A stretch of 63,500 nucleotides of DNA, the filler included, from Rhabdomonas costata (lineage: Eukaryota): the NCBI GenBank assembly GCA_019059605.1. It is 55 parts of 55 records of this genome, joined end to end, with 100 filler letters (N's around TTAATTAATTAA, not from the genome) between each part and the next. Parts side by side here need not be neighbours in the genome. Positions count along the whole stretch, not along the records: positions 52,042 to 53,096 come from JAHMHO010031009.1; positions 53,197 to 54,251 come from JAHMHO010031010.1; positions 54,352 to 55,407 come from JAHMHO010031011.1; positions 55,508 to 56,563 come from JAHMHO010031012.1; positions 56,664 to 57,719 come from JAHMHO010031013.1; positions 57,820 to 58,875 come from JAHMHO010031014.1; positions 58,976 to 60,031 come from JAHMHO010031015.1; positions 60,132 to 61,188 come from JAHMHO010031016.1; 47 more parts are not named here. One strand, 5' to 3'. Shown piece by piece: positions 52,646-63,500 of the stretch (positions are counted from its first letter, which is position 1; every line of letters starts with the position of its first letter). Under the pieces are notes generated by a model. The model was not told the origin of the DNA and ran no database searches. It worked only from the letters and a program-made list of their open reading frames with translations. Made by a program: the position numbers and the translations under genes.

Positions 52646-53012
52646 GTTAACAGGCCAGGACCTCCACCTCTCCCAGAACTCCTACCCCCACACAGAATTT
52701 CGCGCTTTTTGTGAACGTTAAACCGACACTCTGCTCCACCAAGAAATACTTCGATCCCCAAGGTATCGGATTTTTTTTCGCACCAAATAGAACTGTCTCG
52801 GCGCCTCTGAGTATTCTCGTCGCCCCTATATGGTGAAAAGCTTGAGTCTAGCTTGTGGCGTTCTTTGGTGAGGGTGATGCGGAGCAGGTCTCGCACAGGG
52901 TTGAGACGCTTCACCCGAGTCCGCAGATTTTTCGCACATCCCTTGAGAAGTGTAACGCAACACCTACCGCTTCCTTGTACCTCTTTCTGATTCGCTTGTG
53001 CTTCACTTTTTC

Positions 53013-53089
53013 GTTGATTCTCTGCGTGGACCAACAATGGTTCATGCTCTTATTCTTTGTACCATTGTTGGTCCACGCAGAGAATCAAC
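53013..53089. repeat. Contig-terminal perfect inverted repeat with 29-bp arms
   Basis: 53013-53041 is the reverse complement of 53061-53089. Confidence 0.95.
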
Positions 53090-54607
53090 CAAAAACNNNN
53101 NNNNNNNNNNNNNNNNNNNNNNNNNNNNNNNNNNNNNNNNTTAATTAATTAANNNNNNNNNNNNNNNNNNNNNNNNNNNNNNNNNNNNNNNNNNNNCTCC
53201 CCCCCCCCCCCCCCCCACAAAAATGGTTTCCCTGCCTCATTCTTCCCTCGAGCTTTTGTGGTGTAGAGCGGCGTCCACCACGCTGCCCGTGTCTCCCTTC
53301 TCTCTTTGTGTGTGTGCTCGGGGGGCTTTAGCCCCCCGTCCCCCACATTTTTTATAGATAGGGAGAATGGGAGGACGTCTGCCCTCCCCTCTTCTCTCTC
53401 CCCACCCTGTTGTCACCTCCACCCCATCCCGCGGGGGCTCCAAGAGAGCTTCCTGTGGTGGAAACTGTGACTGCGTATTTGTGTGTGCTGCACATTGCTC
53501 ACATTGGTCCTGGCTTCTGCCATGCTGTCCATGGTGGGTTGGGGGGTCCATAGTCATCATGTTTGAAGTGTGCTATTACTGTGCGCACCACGCATCGTAT
53601 TTTTTAATCTTTAAGACTTGCGTCCTTTACGCTCACCATTTGGTTTCAGACGCGCCGCATACGACCTTGCCCATCGCGACATTTCAGATATAAGGTAGGC
53701 TCTTCAGGGAACAGATCCGGAAAGCATCAGTGTTTTCGGAAGTATATTTCGAGGCTTTCGCTTTTCTTCTGCTTCAAAGCCATGAAAGATGCGATGAAAG
53801 AGCATATATGCCATTACCTTCACCTACGTCAGACCTCGGAGAGGTGAGAAGCCTTCTGCACTCCACCATGGAACCAAAAAAAAAACGATTGTACGTGACC
53901 TCCGCTTCTGTTTGTTTGGAGAGATTTGGTCCAAATCCTCTATGTTCATCCTTGAGTACCTGAGTAACTGGGTATCTTCTTCCTCTCTAGCGAATCCATT
54001 TCCCCCGAATGATGGCTCTCGGTGATCGTCACACCAACTTCATGTACTCGCTCTCTGTGGCCCTGAGATAGCTCAGGCGGCCCTGGCACCCCCTCCCTGG
54101 AGAACCGCCCGGTGTGTACGGGCTGCGCTGCAACTGCTTTTGCTTATCGGCCTTGCCTCCGTTCTCTACGCTCTTGCTGGAGTGCTATTGGGTGCCCCCA
54201 CTGAGCCCCCGTGCAAAACACCGAGCTGCGTCCCTGTGCCACCCCAACACANNNNNNNNNNNNNNNNNNNNNNNNNNNNNNNNNNNNNNNNNNNNTTAAT
54301 TAATTAANNNNNNNNNNNNNNNNNNNNNNNNNNNNNNNNNNNNNNNNNNNNACGTGGCTGAAGCACACCGCGGAGAGGCTGGCAATCTGTGACACCGGGG
54401 TGAGCAGCGGGTGGAAAGGAACGAAAGGGTTAAGCCGAGACAGGCCTGGGGTGTTTTGTATAGGCTGCGTGGCCGGTCCTTGGGGTCAGAATTCTCTGAA
54501 GTTTCCCCCTCGGCCGGTTGGGGTGCCCTTGGCGGCTCGTGACCCTTTTGGGCAGCGGAGGGTTTACGACAGCACCCAACGTACGTTACATGTGAGTGGC
54601 CCTCTCT

Positions 54608-54716
54608 TTGGGAGGAATGTGGAAATGGGTGGTGGTGGGGGGTCGGGTCCCGCTAGAGCCGGATCCGGATGATCGTACTCTCTCCGTTGAGGGGAATGAG
54701 GTCTTCTCTTCGGCTG
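54608..54716 (+). repeat. Dispersed repeat family C copy
   Basis: GAGGAATGTGG...TCGGGTCCCRCTAGAGCCRGATCC...GATGAT...CTCTTCGGCT is shared with 56912-57012. Confidence 0.7.
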
Positions 54717-56911
54717 GTGGGCAGCACGAGCAACAGCCTGTTGTGGTCCCCCTGAGGAGCTGGAGGGGGTGGGGCAGTTACTCGGCCTATTCGTTTCTTG
54801 AACAGCAACAGCTCAGGGTCGCGTTCATATTCTTAATTCCCATTTGAAGAAGGCTGCTCGATTTCCCGACCGAGGTTCTTTTCGCACCTTACTGCTGGAA
54901 AATGACAATGATCCTGATCTCCCCCCCCCCCTCTCTCCGTGGCGTTGTGACGGAGTTGAAACCATGTATCCATGTTTTGAAACTTGCACCGAAACAAATC
55001 AAAAAGCTTTCAGTGAAGCCGGGCCGACTGTACGACTGTATGGAGGCCCTTTGGGCCCCCATCCCATTAGTTTGTCCATAGAACCAAAAATCAGTGGGGC
55101 CAAATTGTTCACTGGGCTGAGTGAGCGACCGAGCGAATGAAAGGGGTGAACTCCAGGCTGAGAAGCGAGCAAGTCGAAGGAAGCGAGCGAGAGAGGCGCA
55201 AAAACTTCACCGATCGCACCAGCAAGTTCACCATTCAACACGAAACCACAACCTACAAAAAAGAAAAACAGAAAACGACTACCACACAAAAGGCACAAGA
55301 GACAGAGACGATCATCACAGCGGTAATTGAAAAATGGCTGTGTGCTTGTGTCAATGAGCGGCGTCGCAGAGCAGAGACGACAGACGAGAGCGGGACCCAC
55401 CCCCACANNNNNNNNNNNNNNNNNNNNNNNNNNNNNNNNNNNNNNNNNNNNTTAATTAATTAANNNNNNNNNNNNNNNNNNNNNNNNNNNNNNNNNNNNN
55501 NNNNNNNGGGTTTGGTGCTTGTCTTCCAAGACCGCCGGGTGGACAGCACCAATACCTCGCTGAGGATGGGCCTGGTGGTGACTCGTCGTGTTGATGATCT
55601 TGAGTGCCGCGTGAAAGAAGAGGAATTTGCAGGAAGGGCGTGTGTAGATGATTCCGATGGCGGCACTCCCGTTAGGTATGAAGCGACAGGTGCGATGCTG
55701 GTGATGCTTCTCAGTTGGGCAGCCTTCGCTCCAGACAGCGTGGTGGGCACGTGGACGGACCTGGAGCAGTGGACGGCTGTACTGCTGTACATCCGCTTGG
55801 TGCTGAAACAGCGCCGAGGTTTGGCAGCCAGGGGCAAAGCGGCGTTTACGGTTGCTGACTTCCTTAAGCTGTTCGATCCACTCATTTCTCATGGCGTTAG
55901 AAGAAGATTCGAGCAAGTGCTCTCCAAGCAACTGCCCACAGAGGAGGCCACCTTTTTTCGCTGTCGGGGTCCATTCCCAGACACCTCTTCCCTTTCCGAG
56001 ATTGAAGCAAGGTCAACCTCCTAGGGGAGCCCTGCTCAATGTGCCAGAACGGGCCGTGTGCGTCAGGCCCAGGCAGCTTGGCAAAGCTAGAGGATGCTGT
56101 GATCAACGCGCTGGTCAAGTTCTCCGTGGACGAACGTTCATTTGAAGAAGGAAGAGATGTCCAAGCTCTGTCTCAGTAAGTAGGGGAATGACCCGGAGAT
56201 CAGCGCGTGAGGTGGCTCCTGGAGACTTTGAAGAAGATAGCGCAGCCTGCGGGGCTCCGCTTCGGCTGTTGGCCACGAACAAGGAAATTTCCGGTGACAT
56301 GGCGAGTGGAAGCGGAAGCGTTGCAATAGCAATAGACAGCGCGTCAACACTGTTCATCCATTCGGCCTTTTGCTGGAGGTTCCGGAGACCTTTCATCGAT
56401 TGGCCAGAGAAGAGCTCGCCTCCGCATGTCGGGGGCCGCAGAGGTAATGAGTGTCGCGAAGCGCCGCCGCCTCAGCTGGAGAGAAGGGTGGGGTGCATAA
56501 ACCCTTTTGAGGGGCAGAGAAAGCGAAAGTGCTGAAGTTGGAATGAAGCGTTTCCCACAAAACNNNNNNNNNNNNNNNNNNNNNNNNNNNNNNNNNNNNN
56601 NNNNNNNTTAATTAATTAANNNNNNNNNNNNNNNNNNNNNNNNNNNNNNNNNNNNNNNNNNNNGGGTTTGGGATGTATACCCGCGCGGCCCGGGGAGCCG
56701 CGACAGAACCTGGGGGCGCAACCGTAACGACCGCCGTGGGAGCAACGGGCGCGGACGCGGACGCGAACGAGGCGGCGGCGGGACCGCACATTGAGGCAGC
56801 AGGCTCCATGGGACCACATGGGACCACAGGGAGGGCGCAGCGGCTCTAATGAAAACAACGAAGGGTCCTCTCTTGGGCTGGAGGAGATTTCGTTTCGATG
56901 AATTTTTCTCT

Positions 56912-57012
56912 TTGGGTGAGGAATGTGGCGCAGGAGCTCGGGTCCCACTAGAGCCAGATCCTTGATGATGACACTGTCTCAATTAACGGGGAGAGAGGAT
57001 CCCCTCTTCGGC
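56912..57012 (+). repeat. Dispersed repeat family C copy
   Basis: Diverged match to 54608-54716. Confidence 0.7.
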
Positions 57013-57933
57013 TTGTAGAGGGTGTGTGCTGGGTAGCACGGGCTGCAGCCCTCTCTCTCTCTCTTTCATTCCGGGAGTCTTCCAACAGCACCCATCTTTC
57101 TTCCTCAGCGAGCCTCCCGACCTGTAGTTGGAGGGTGTTCACGCGGGAGGGGGGGGCAACGGGTCAAAAACGGATGTTTGTGTGTGAATTGTCGGGATGG
57201 TTTGAGATGAAAGCCTGCTGCGTTGTATATTCACTGCAATTCCAGACTCTTCCACGTTTACTCGTTCACTCATCTCCCTCGATCTCCCAAATCACATATG
57301 AATCGCACCTGTCGAAACTGGTGCAACACATCGCCAAAAGACTTGTACCACATCAACTGTCTTCTCCACGTGAAAACAGAATGCACCCATGACCCTTCAA
57401 TTTCCCTTTAAATACAAGTCAAGGAAGCGAAATCACTCAAAACCCAAATTGTCTTCATTAACATCAGACCGAGCAAACCTGTGCAGAGCTCTTGGAAGGG
57501 CTGCTCTTGGCCCGCTTGGTTGACCGAAACGCCAACGCTCCGTCCACAACACCTGTTTACCACATAACCCCCCCCCCTTCGTCTGAGAAAACAGGGCAGA
57601 AAAAAAACTGCCCAGACTTCTTCCAAATTCCAAGATTGCTTGGCCAGTTTCCGGATACTTTCCCAGGCGAACATGAAACGTAGACTTGCAACAGGTAAAG
57701 TCCAGTTTCCCAAAAAACANNNNNNNNNNNNNNNNNNNNNNNNNNNNNNNNNNNNNNNNNNNNTTAATTAATTAANNNNNNNNNNNNNNNNNNNNNNNNN
57801 NNNNNNNNNNNNNNNNNNNGTGTTGGGTGTGGTTGGGTCGGCGACGGGGAAAGGTGTAAGAAAGGACAGAGGATGAACGATTCTTGTGTGTGTCACACCA
57901 GAAAATGAGCCTTGATATGCATTTGGTTCCCAG

Positions 57934-58250
57934 GGGAAGCGCTGAAGGAGGTGGCGATGCGGTTCCTGGATGGGGTGGACCTTGGTGGGGAGGACAAGAC
58001 CACTCTGGTTGCGGACATGTTCGTGCTGGTGCACACCAGCGTGGCCGCGGCAAGTGTGCGGATGCTGCTGGAGCTGCGGCGCACGAACTACGTCACCCCG
58101 ACGAACTACCTGGAGCTGGTCACGGGGTACACCAAGCTGCTGCTGGGCAAACGCACGGAGCTGGGCGACCAGTGCTACAAGCTGCAGAGCGGGCTGACCA
58201 AGCTGGAGGACACCAAGAACGCCGTGCAGAGCATGACTATGAACCTGGAG
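57934..58250 (+). CDS. Axonemal dynein heavy chain (DNAH2/I1-beta-like) exon, AAA4 end to stalk
   Basis: GEALKEVAMRFL...HTSV...MLLELRRTNYVTPTNYLELVTGYTKLL...KLQSGLTKLEDT. AG/GT-bounded. Confidence 0.95.
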
Positions 58251-58557
58251 GTGTGGCGGGCGGTTGGAGGCAGGGTGGCTCTAGACGATTGTTTTAGGTG
58301 TGGGCATAAAAACCTGTAAATGTTAAATGTTATAAATTCTGACGCTGTGGTATGAGTGATACTCTGTGTTGGGAGGAGGCTAGCGCCGCGGAGTCCAATC
58401 TGCGGCGTGGCGGAAGCGGAGAAAATTTTTGCGGGTACGCCCCGTGGGGGGCACAAACAAAAAGCTCGCGAAGAAAATGCATGCTTCTGGTTGTGCCCCT
58501 CACGGGGCGTCCCCGCACTCACACTCTGACCCATCACGCACAAATGCAAAGACAGAC

Positions 58558-58801
58558 CAGGCCACTCGGTGAACCAGTCGATGCTGGTGTTGTTGACCAG
58601 CGTGGGGAACATTCGCAGCCGGAGCCGGAATTGGTCCCCCACGGGGGACATGCACACCACCACATGCAGGTTGGAGCGGGCCCGGTCAATGAAGAACTGG
58701 TACACGTTCTCCAGAGTGTCGTGGTTGTGCGCCGCGATGGCCTCCTGCCGAAGCTCCTCCCGGATCATCGACATCTCATCCGTTGCAAACAGGTTAGGAA
58801 C
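58558..58801 (-). CDS. Axonemal dynein heavy chain AAA4 exon, immediately preceding the 57934-58250 exon in the protein
   Basis: VPNLFATDE...FFIDRARSNLHVVVCMSPVGDQFRLRLRMFPTLVNNTSIDWFTEWP. AG/GT-bounded. Confidence 0.95.
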
Positions 58802-59391
58802 CTATCCCCCAACCCAACTCCACTTTGTTCTAGTCCTTTCCGCGTGGAAAAGACCACGAAAAATCACACAAAAAANNNNNNNNNNNNNNNNNNNNNNNNN
58901 NNNNNNNNNNNNNNNNNNNTTAATTAATTAANNNNNNNNNNNNNNNNNNNNNNNNNNNNNNNNNNNNNNNNNNNNCAAAGGTGGCATCTGGTCGAAGCAA
59001 GGGGTTTACATTGCCACGACTATATCCACAAATAAAGGTGACGAATGGTCAAGTAAGTCCTCGCGGGAAGGGACAGGGGGTGATCAAGTGGCAAGATACC
59101 CATAAACATGCTATTTGTGATTTTTGGCACCCACATGTCAAAAAAAAAACAGGTGACATTTGCACCCTGCAAATAAGGTAGGCTCTGTTCTAACTTGTTT
59201 CGGGCATCAGCTGGAAAAGAGGCGGAGGCCAGCACCGCAGAGCGGCCGGAGCGGACTTTACGGGGTGGGGGAGACCCTGTAATGACTTGGTATTGGCAAA
59301 AGAAGCAAAAGCTCACGCTAGGAAGCCTGTGCGCACATGTTTTGCAAAGTTGAGGATGGAAAAGCCAAGCAGACCCCAGTCGCACCCTGAC

Positions 59392-60006
59392 CTGAGCCGC
59401 CCCAAGTATCGCGTTCAGGCTGGTGTTGACCACATGGCTTAGCCGACTCAGCAAAGGCAGAGCCTCTGGGCTCGTGGCAAACCCTCCCGCCACCGGTGCT
59501 GCGGGGGGGACCGTGGAGATCTGTGCTAAGGCCCTGGCCCAAACGTTCTCCACCGCACTGCAGAGCTCAGCCATCTCCTTGGGGTACAGCCCGGAGGCAC
59601 ACCCCCTGCGAAGGCAACCAGGAGCACGCGGAAGACTCTCCGCGGCGACGGTGCTTTGACGAATCTCCCCACTGGAGAACTGTAAAGACTCCATCGAGCG
59701 CCGGGTTCCTGGCGGCGGTGGAGGCGGCGCACTGGTCAGCACCTCATGAAGGGAGAGCGAGGAAACAGGGCCAGCAATGCACGACGACGCCACGGCATCC
59801 ACCGTGAGGTGCTGCTGAAGACCCCGCAGAAGAACCCGCAGCAGCATCCCCTCCAAAAGGGAGAGAGCAAACTGTGCGGCGAGAACGGCGGCCACGGGAA
59901 TGGCGGGGAGTCGCCCTCCATGGCTGGCACAGAGCACGGCGGTGCTCAGGGCCCCGTGCAAGAGGCCCAGGATGGCGAAAATGAGAAGGATAGAAGGACG
60001 GGGCAT
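59392..60006 (-). CDS. Membrane-anchored sensor histidine kinase-like protein, first exon ending in the H-box
   Basis: Two hydrophobic segments, a HAMP-like helix (PKEMAELCSAVENV) and LSRLSHVVNTSLNAILGAAQ, which resembles HisKA SHExRTPLNAILG. GT donor at 59391. Confidence 0.65.
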
Positions 60007-60131
60007 TGGTGGAGGGCGACTCCCCACCAACNNNNNNNNNNNNNNNNNNNNNNNNNNNNNNNNNNNNNNNNNNNNTTAATTAATTAANNNNNNNNNNNNN
60101 NNNNNNNNNNNNNNNNNNNNNNNNNNNNNNN

Positions 60132-60221
60132 ACAGCGCGTGCGCCAGTCAGTCCACAGTGGTCACCAACAAACCAAGCAACCAGTCAACCAGGCAACAGC
60201 CAGCGTGCAATGCGTCCAACG

Positions 60222-60252
<31 letters not shown>

Positions 60253-60258
60253 ACACAC
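60132..60258 (+). mobile_element. Dispersed repeat family A copy with a (CA)n tail followed by (GA)n
   Basis: ACAGCGCGTGCGCCAGTCAGTCCACAGTGGTCACC...GGCAACAGCCAGCGTGCAATGCGTCCAAC followed by a CA run. Confidence 0.8.
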
Positions 60259-60705
60259 AGAGAGAGAGAGAGACAGATGGGCGTACCTATCAAGAGGTTG
60301 CTGACAACTTCTTGTTTATTGGTGTCTGAGAAGGTGTGCTTGCATAAGAGGAAGCGTGTAGGTGTGTTCTAATTCGACCGGGGGATTTTTTAAGGACATG
60401 GGCCAAGCAGAAGGAATGGCCAGTACACCCACAGGGGTGGCGATGGAGGCGGGAACTGGATAGGACGCCAGCAAAACAAACGAGCTTCTCGTCAACTAGT
60501 GTGCGGTAGGAGTGGAGGAGGTGAAGTGCCAAATACATGCACCACACCCCAACAAGGGTTTCTCGCACTAGGCACTCGCCCACTACTACACTACTACAGC
60601 CGGTACTACTACGTAACCTCGGATAGTTGATGCATGTGGGTGCCTGTCCCGTTGGCATCTGGCGATTCAGCCCAGCGATGGGCGCCGAGTGGGGGAGACA
60701 CAGAG

Positions 60706-60948
60706 TTTCTTCGCGCTTTTTCTGTGCATAAGCCTGGGACAACGTGGGGGCAGGCGGAGAGTCCTGGCCTGTTGTGTGGTGAGCTCGCATCCCACGTCTG
60801 GCAGGTGCCACTTGGCAATATTAGGGGCAGCTTTACTTTCTATCATCGCTCTCCTTCACTTGTGAGTGTGGGTGTGTTTTCTTTGCGCCTTTTCATCGCA
60901 GACATATGCATAAAAGTGAACAACAAACACAACCGTCCCTAAGTCAAA
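60706..60948 (+). mobile_element. Dispersed repeat family B copy, intronic
   Basis: Aligns with 38950-39230 and ends about 25 nt upstream of a splice acceptor. Confidence 0.8.
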
Positions 60949-60975
60949 GCACAAAAAGTGTGAATTGACTTGCAG

Positions 60976-61093
60976 GCACGTGATCTTTACCAACCGCGGG
61001 GCCAAGGAGAACGCCGAGAAGGAGGTCAAGGTCCCGGTGGAGCTCTTTGGCCTGATGCAGAAGATCGAAGAGGAGCTGCGCACCTACAACCAG
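60976..61093 (+). CDS. Internal exon of an unidentified protein
   Basis: AG/GT-bounded with strong GC3 bias: HVIFTNRGAKENAEKEVKVPVELFGLMQKIEEELRTYNQ. Confidence 0.6.
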
Positions 61094-61104
61094 GTGTGGG
61101 GATC

Positions 61105-61184
61105 TTGTGTACACGCATTCCTGGTCAGCACGAATACTTGGGTTTACCCCTGAAATCGTGCTGACCAGGAATGCGTGTACACAA
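61105..61184. repeat. Contig-terminal perfect inverted repeat with 29-bp arms
   Basis: 61105-61133 is the reverse complement of 61156-61184. Confidence 0.95.
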
Positions 61185-61660
61185 CCACNNNNNNNNNNNN
61201 NNNNNNNNNNNNNNNNNNNNNNNNNNNNNNNNTTAATTAATTAANNNNNNNNNNNNNNNNNNNNNNNNNNNNNNNNNNNNNNNNNNNNGGTTTGGCAGGC
61301 GTTTTTGGGAGATCTCAATGTCGAATTACACCGCGGTTCTGCGGAGCTCCAACCCACAGCTTCTATGGCTCGGTGGCCACACACACACATTGAGCTGGGT
61401 GTGAAGGGTAAAGACTAGTTCGGATACTGTCATGCACCGAAATCGGCTTGAATCTATATTCACGGTCCAATGTGTGGTCTCGCTTCGGCATAAGAGTGAA
61501 AGCCACTTTGGTCCCGCCAGAACCATGACTTCCCCTGTAGAATATGGGAAGCAAGCAGGTGTCTGAGGTCGGGGACAAAAGTTGCCTGAGTCTCGAGCAG
61601 TCACGAGACTTAAGCTGACGACTGCGAAAGGTCTGTCTCTCTCGCCATACATGCGCATAC

Positions 61661-61934
61661 CGATAGTCCACCAGCTGGACCCTTGCCCGGACGGCTCCGG
61701 CCAGGGCCGTTTTGCCCTTCCTGGGAGCGGGCCTGGCCTCGCCCGGGGAGCTGGTGCGGTACAGCAGGGTGACGGACCGGCTGCGGTTGCCCAGGCCCAC
61801 GTTGTAGGCCTCCACGTGGCCCAGCCCATTCTGCCTCAGGTTGAACTGCAGGTACCCGAAGGACTGCGGCACGGGCTCCAGGCTGACCACGCGGGCCTGG
61901 GGATACATCTTCGCCAGCATCACCGTCGCCGTCC
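61661..61934 (-). CDS. FkbM-family SAM-dependent methyltransferase exon
   Basis: GTATVMLAKMYPQARVVSLEPVPQSFGYLQFNLRQNGLGHVEAYNVGLG, matching the VxxxEPxP...LxxNxxxN...NxxLG pattern. Confidence 0.85.
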
Positions 61935-62707
61935 CTGAAGGTGTCACCACAGGGGGGATGGAACGAAACTATTTGAGAAACCTCCATTTAGAAAAGGACC
62001 GAAAATGGACAATCGATAAATGGAAAACTGAAAATCCATATGCGCTCTCGGGCTGGAAAGTGGACCACCTCCTCAAAAAGCGCCTATTGCTTTCCCAGGG
62101 TCTTCTCCCGGAATCCCAAGGAACACGTGCATCGCCACCTAGCATCCTGCTGACACTCGTAATAGAGTCCCGAGGAACACGACTTGACAACAACTTGAAT
62201 CCCAGTGAGCACATTCATCGCCCTCAATCGAAACATCTGGGTGACAACTGCACCGCACCCTAACCCCATGCAAATCATTAATCCAATCAGAGGGGAGGGG
62301 GGATAATTCCACTTGGAAGAATTTTTCACTTAGCCCCCAAAAACNNNNNNNNNNNNNNNNNNNNNNNNNNNNNNNNNNNNNNNNNNNNTTAATTAATTAA
62401 NNNNNNNNNNNNNNNNNNNNNNNNNNNNNNNNNNNNNNNNNNNNGGTTGGTGGTAAGGAGAACTCTGCCAGTGAATCCTTGATAACGTCCTTGATAACGT
62501 TGATGACGTCGGTTTCTCAGATGACCCTAGAAGACGTGAGGTACCAAAATGGCCCCTCAACGTACAGAGCACCCATTACAACAGCATGCAGACGTGCCTC
62601 GGTGACTTCAACCCATGTATAGAGATTGGGGGTGGGGGTAAAACGTGACCGCTTTGACGGTCGGCTTCCCTTTTTGTGCCACGGCTGTGGCATTGCTTCT
62701 TGTGCAG

Positions 62708-62813
62708 CGTCAACGCGTGGAGGCACACCGCGAAGAGAAGAGGGCCCAAGAGAAGCTTCAGAAGGAGCAGGACAAGGCCCGCAGGATAGCGGAATGGGAA
62801 TCTCTCACCGAAG
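62708..62813 (+). CDS. Charged coiled-coil exon of an unknown protein
   Basis: AG/GT-bounded RQRVEAHREEKRAQEKLQKEQDKARRIAEWESLTE(G). Confidence 0.5.
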
Positions 62814-63500
62814 GTACCTGGTGGGGTGGGGCAGCCTTAAAAACGAGTCGCGGGTGTCGCCCTCACTTTGTGTCTACGCCTTTCATCCCATTACCTGATA
62901 TTTCCCATTCCCTAATAAAACCGAGGGTGAAGTCGATATAGGCCCGGGGTCTTTTGTTTGTGTCATCATGAAATTTGACCTGGAAGAATCGGTCTTTCGG
63001 AAAATCCGTTCTTGTTTTGTGAGTTCAAACGAGCTTGTCAACCAAACCTTTAAACGCTTCAAATCGGCGATCTTGTGATGTAGGGTGCACTAAATCAAAT
63101 CGCTGGGATGATATTTTGAAATTGCCAGAGCAGTCAGGCACCTCCCCACTCTCATTCCACGCACTATCCGTTTTTTCACCTGGCAATCCAGATTGATTTA
63201 CCACTGATACAACTCTGCCCCAAGATTTTTCAGGTCGTCCGAGGCTGTCCTGCATTGCTTTGTCGGAATACCTCGATTTGCCTTGTTTCCTTTGTGGGAT
63301 GCTCGGTACCATGACTGCAGAGAGTGAGTGTTTGACGTCTCCTGCAGGTTGGCTTTGAGTCTTCGTTAGCTGCTAGGTTGGTGCCCCTTTCACACCCAAC
63401 ACGAAAGATCACACAAGAAGGGGAAAGAATAAGATGTTGCAAAGTGATAACGAGAAACAGTTCAGTCTACAATGAACACAGTCATCTATTCAACAAACCC

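Noticed and set aside
55512..56400. Long overlapping ORFs on both strands as a retroelement or novel gene
   Set aside because: No recognisable motif in any frame, and the coding strand cannot be chosen without a search.
1054..62444. Regularly spaced TTAATTAATTAA repeat as a CRISPR-like or other periodic array
   Set aside because: It is always embedded in fixed N runs and is a six-frame-stop concatenation linker. The periodicity reflects length-sorted contigs.
227..63442. Most 60-150 aa ORFs in the supplied track
   Set aside because: They are antisense or shadow frames of GC-rich exons, intron read-through, or frames closed by the linker.
1..63500. Gene cluster, operon or defence island made of neighbouring genes
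   Set aside because: Neighbours are separate contigs joined artificially, so adjacency carries no information.

Overview
This window is not one locus. It is 55 unrelated contigs of about 1.05-1.06 kb, joined by an artificial 100-nt linker (N44-TTAATTAATTAA-N44, a stop in all six frames). The DNA is from an intron-rich eukaryotic nuclear genome with GC-rich exons, mostly GT-AG introns and the standard genetic code. The organism is flagellated (axonemal dynein), and a euglenozoan/euglenid source is plausible but is only inference. Most contigs begin with a G/T-only tract and end with an A/C-only tract, and several end in perfect fold-backs. This points to whole-genome amplification with chimeras, so no gene-neighbourhood inference is possible across linkers. 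Recognisable gene fragments: a diflavin/FNR-type reductase C-terminus, a TRPV-like channel, an F-box/LRR protein, ankyrin repeats, a class I/II aminotransferase, WD40, Nudix, a dual-specificity phosphatase, an HPR/OPR-like helical repeat protein, HAS1/DDX18, Pumilio, an SGNH esterase, a cNMP-binding protein, a DNAH2-like dynein, a sensor histidine kinase and an FkbM methyltransferase. There are also decayed Ty3/gypsy pieces, three dispersed repeat families and a MITE-like element. I cannot support a new multi-gene system. The best leads are a reductase lacking the NADPH 2'-phosphate-binding residues, two consecutive dynein exons on opposite strands (probably a chimera), SINE-like families, and a histidine kinase with a degenerate H-box.
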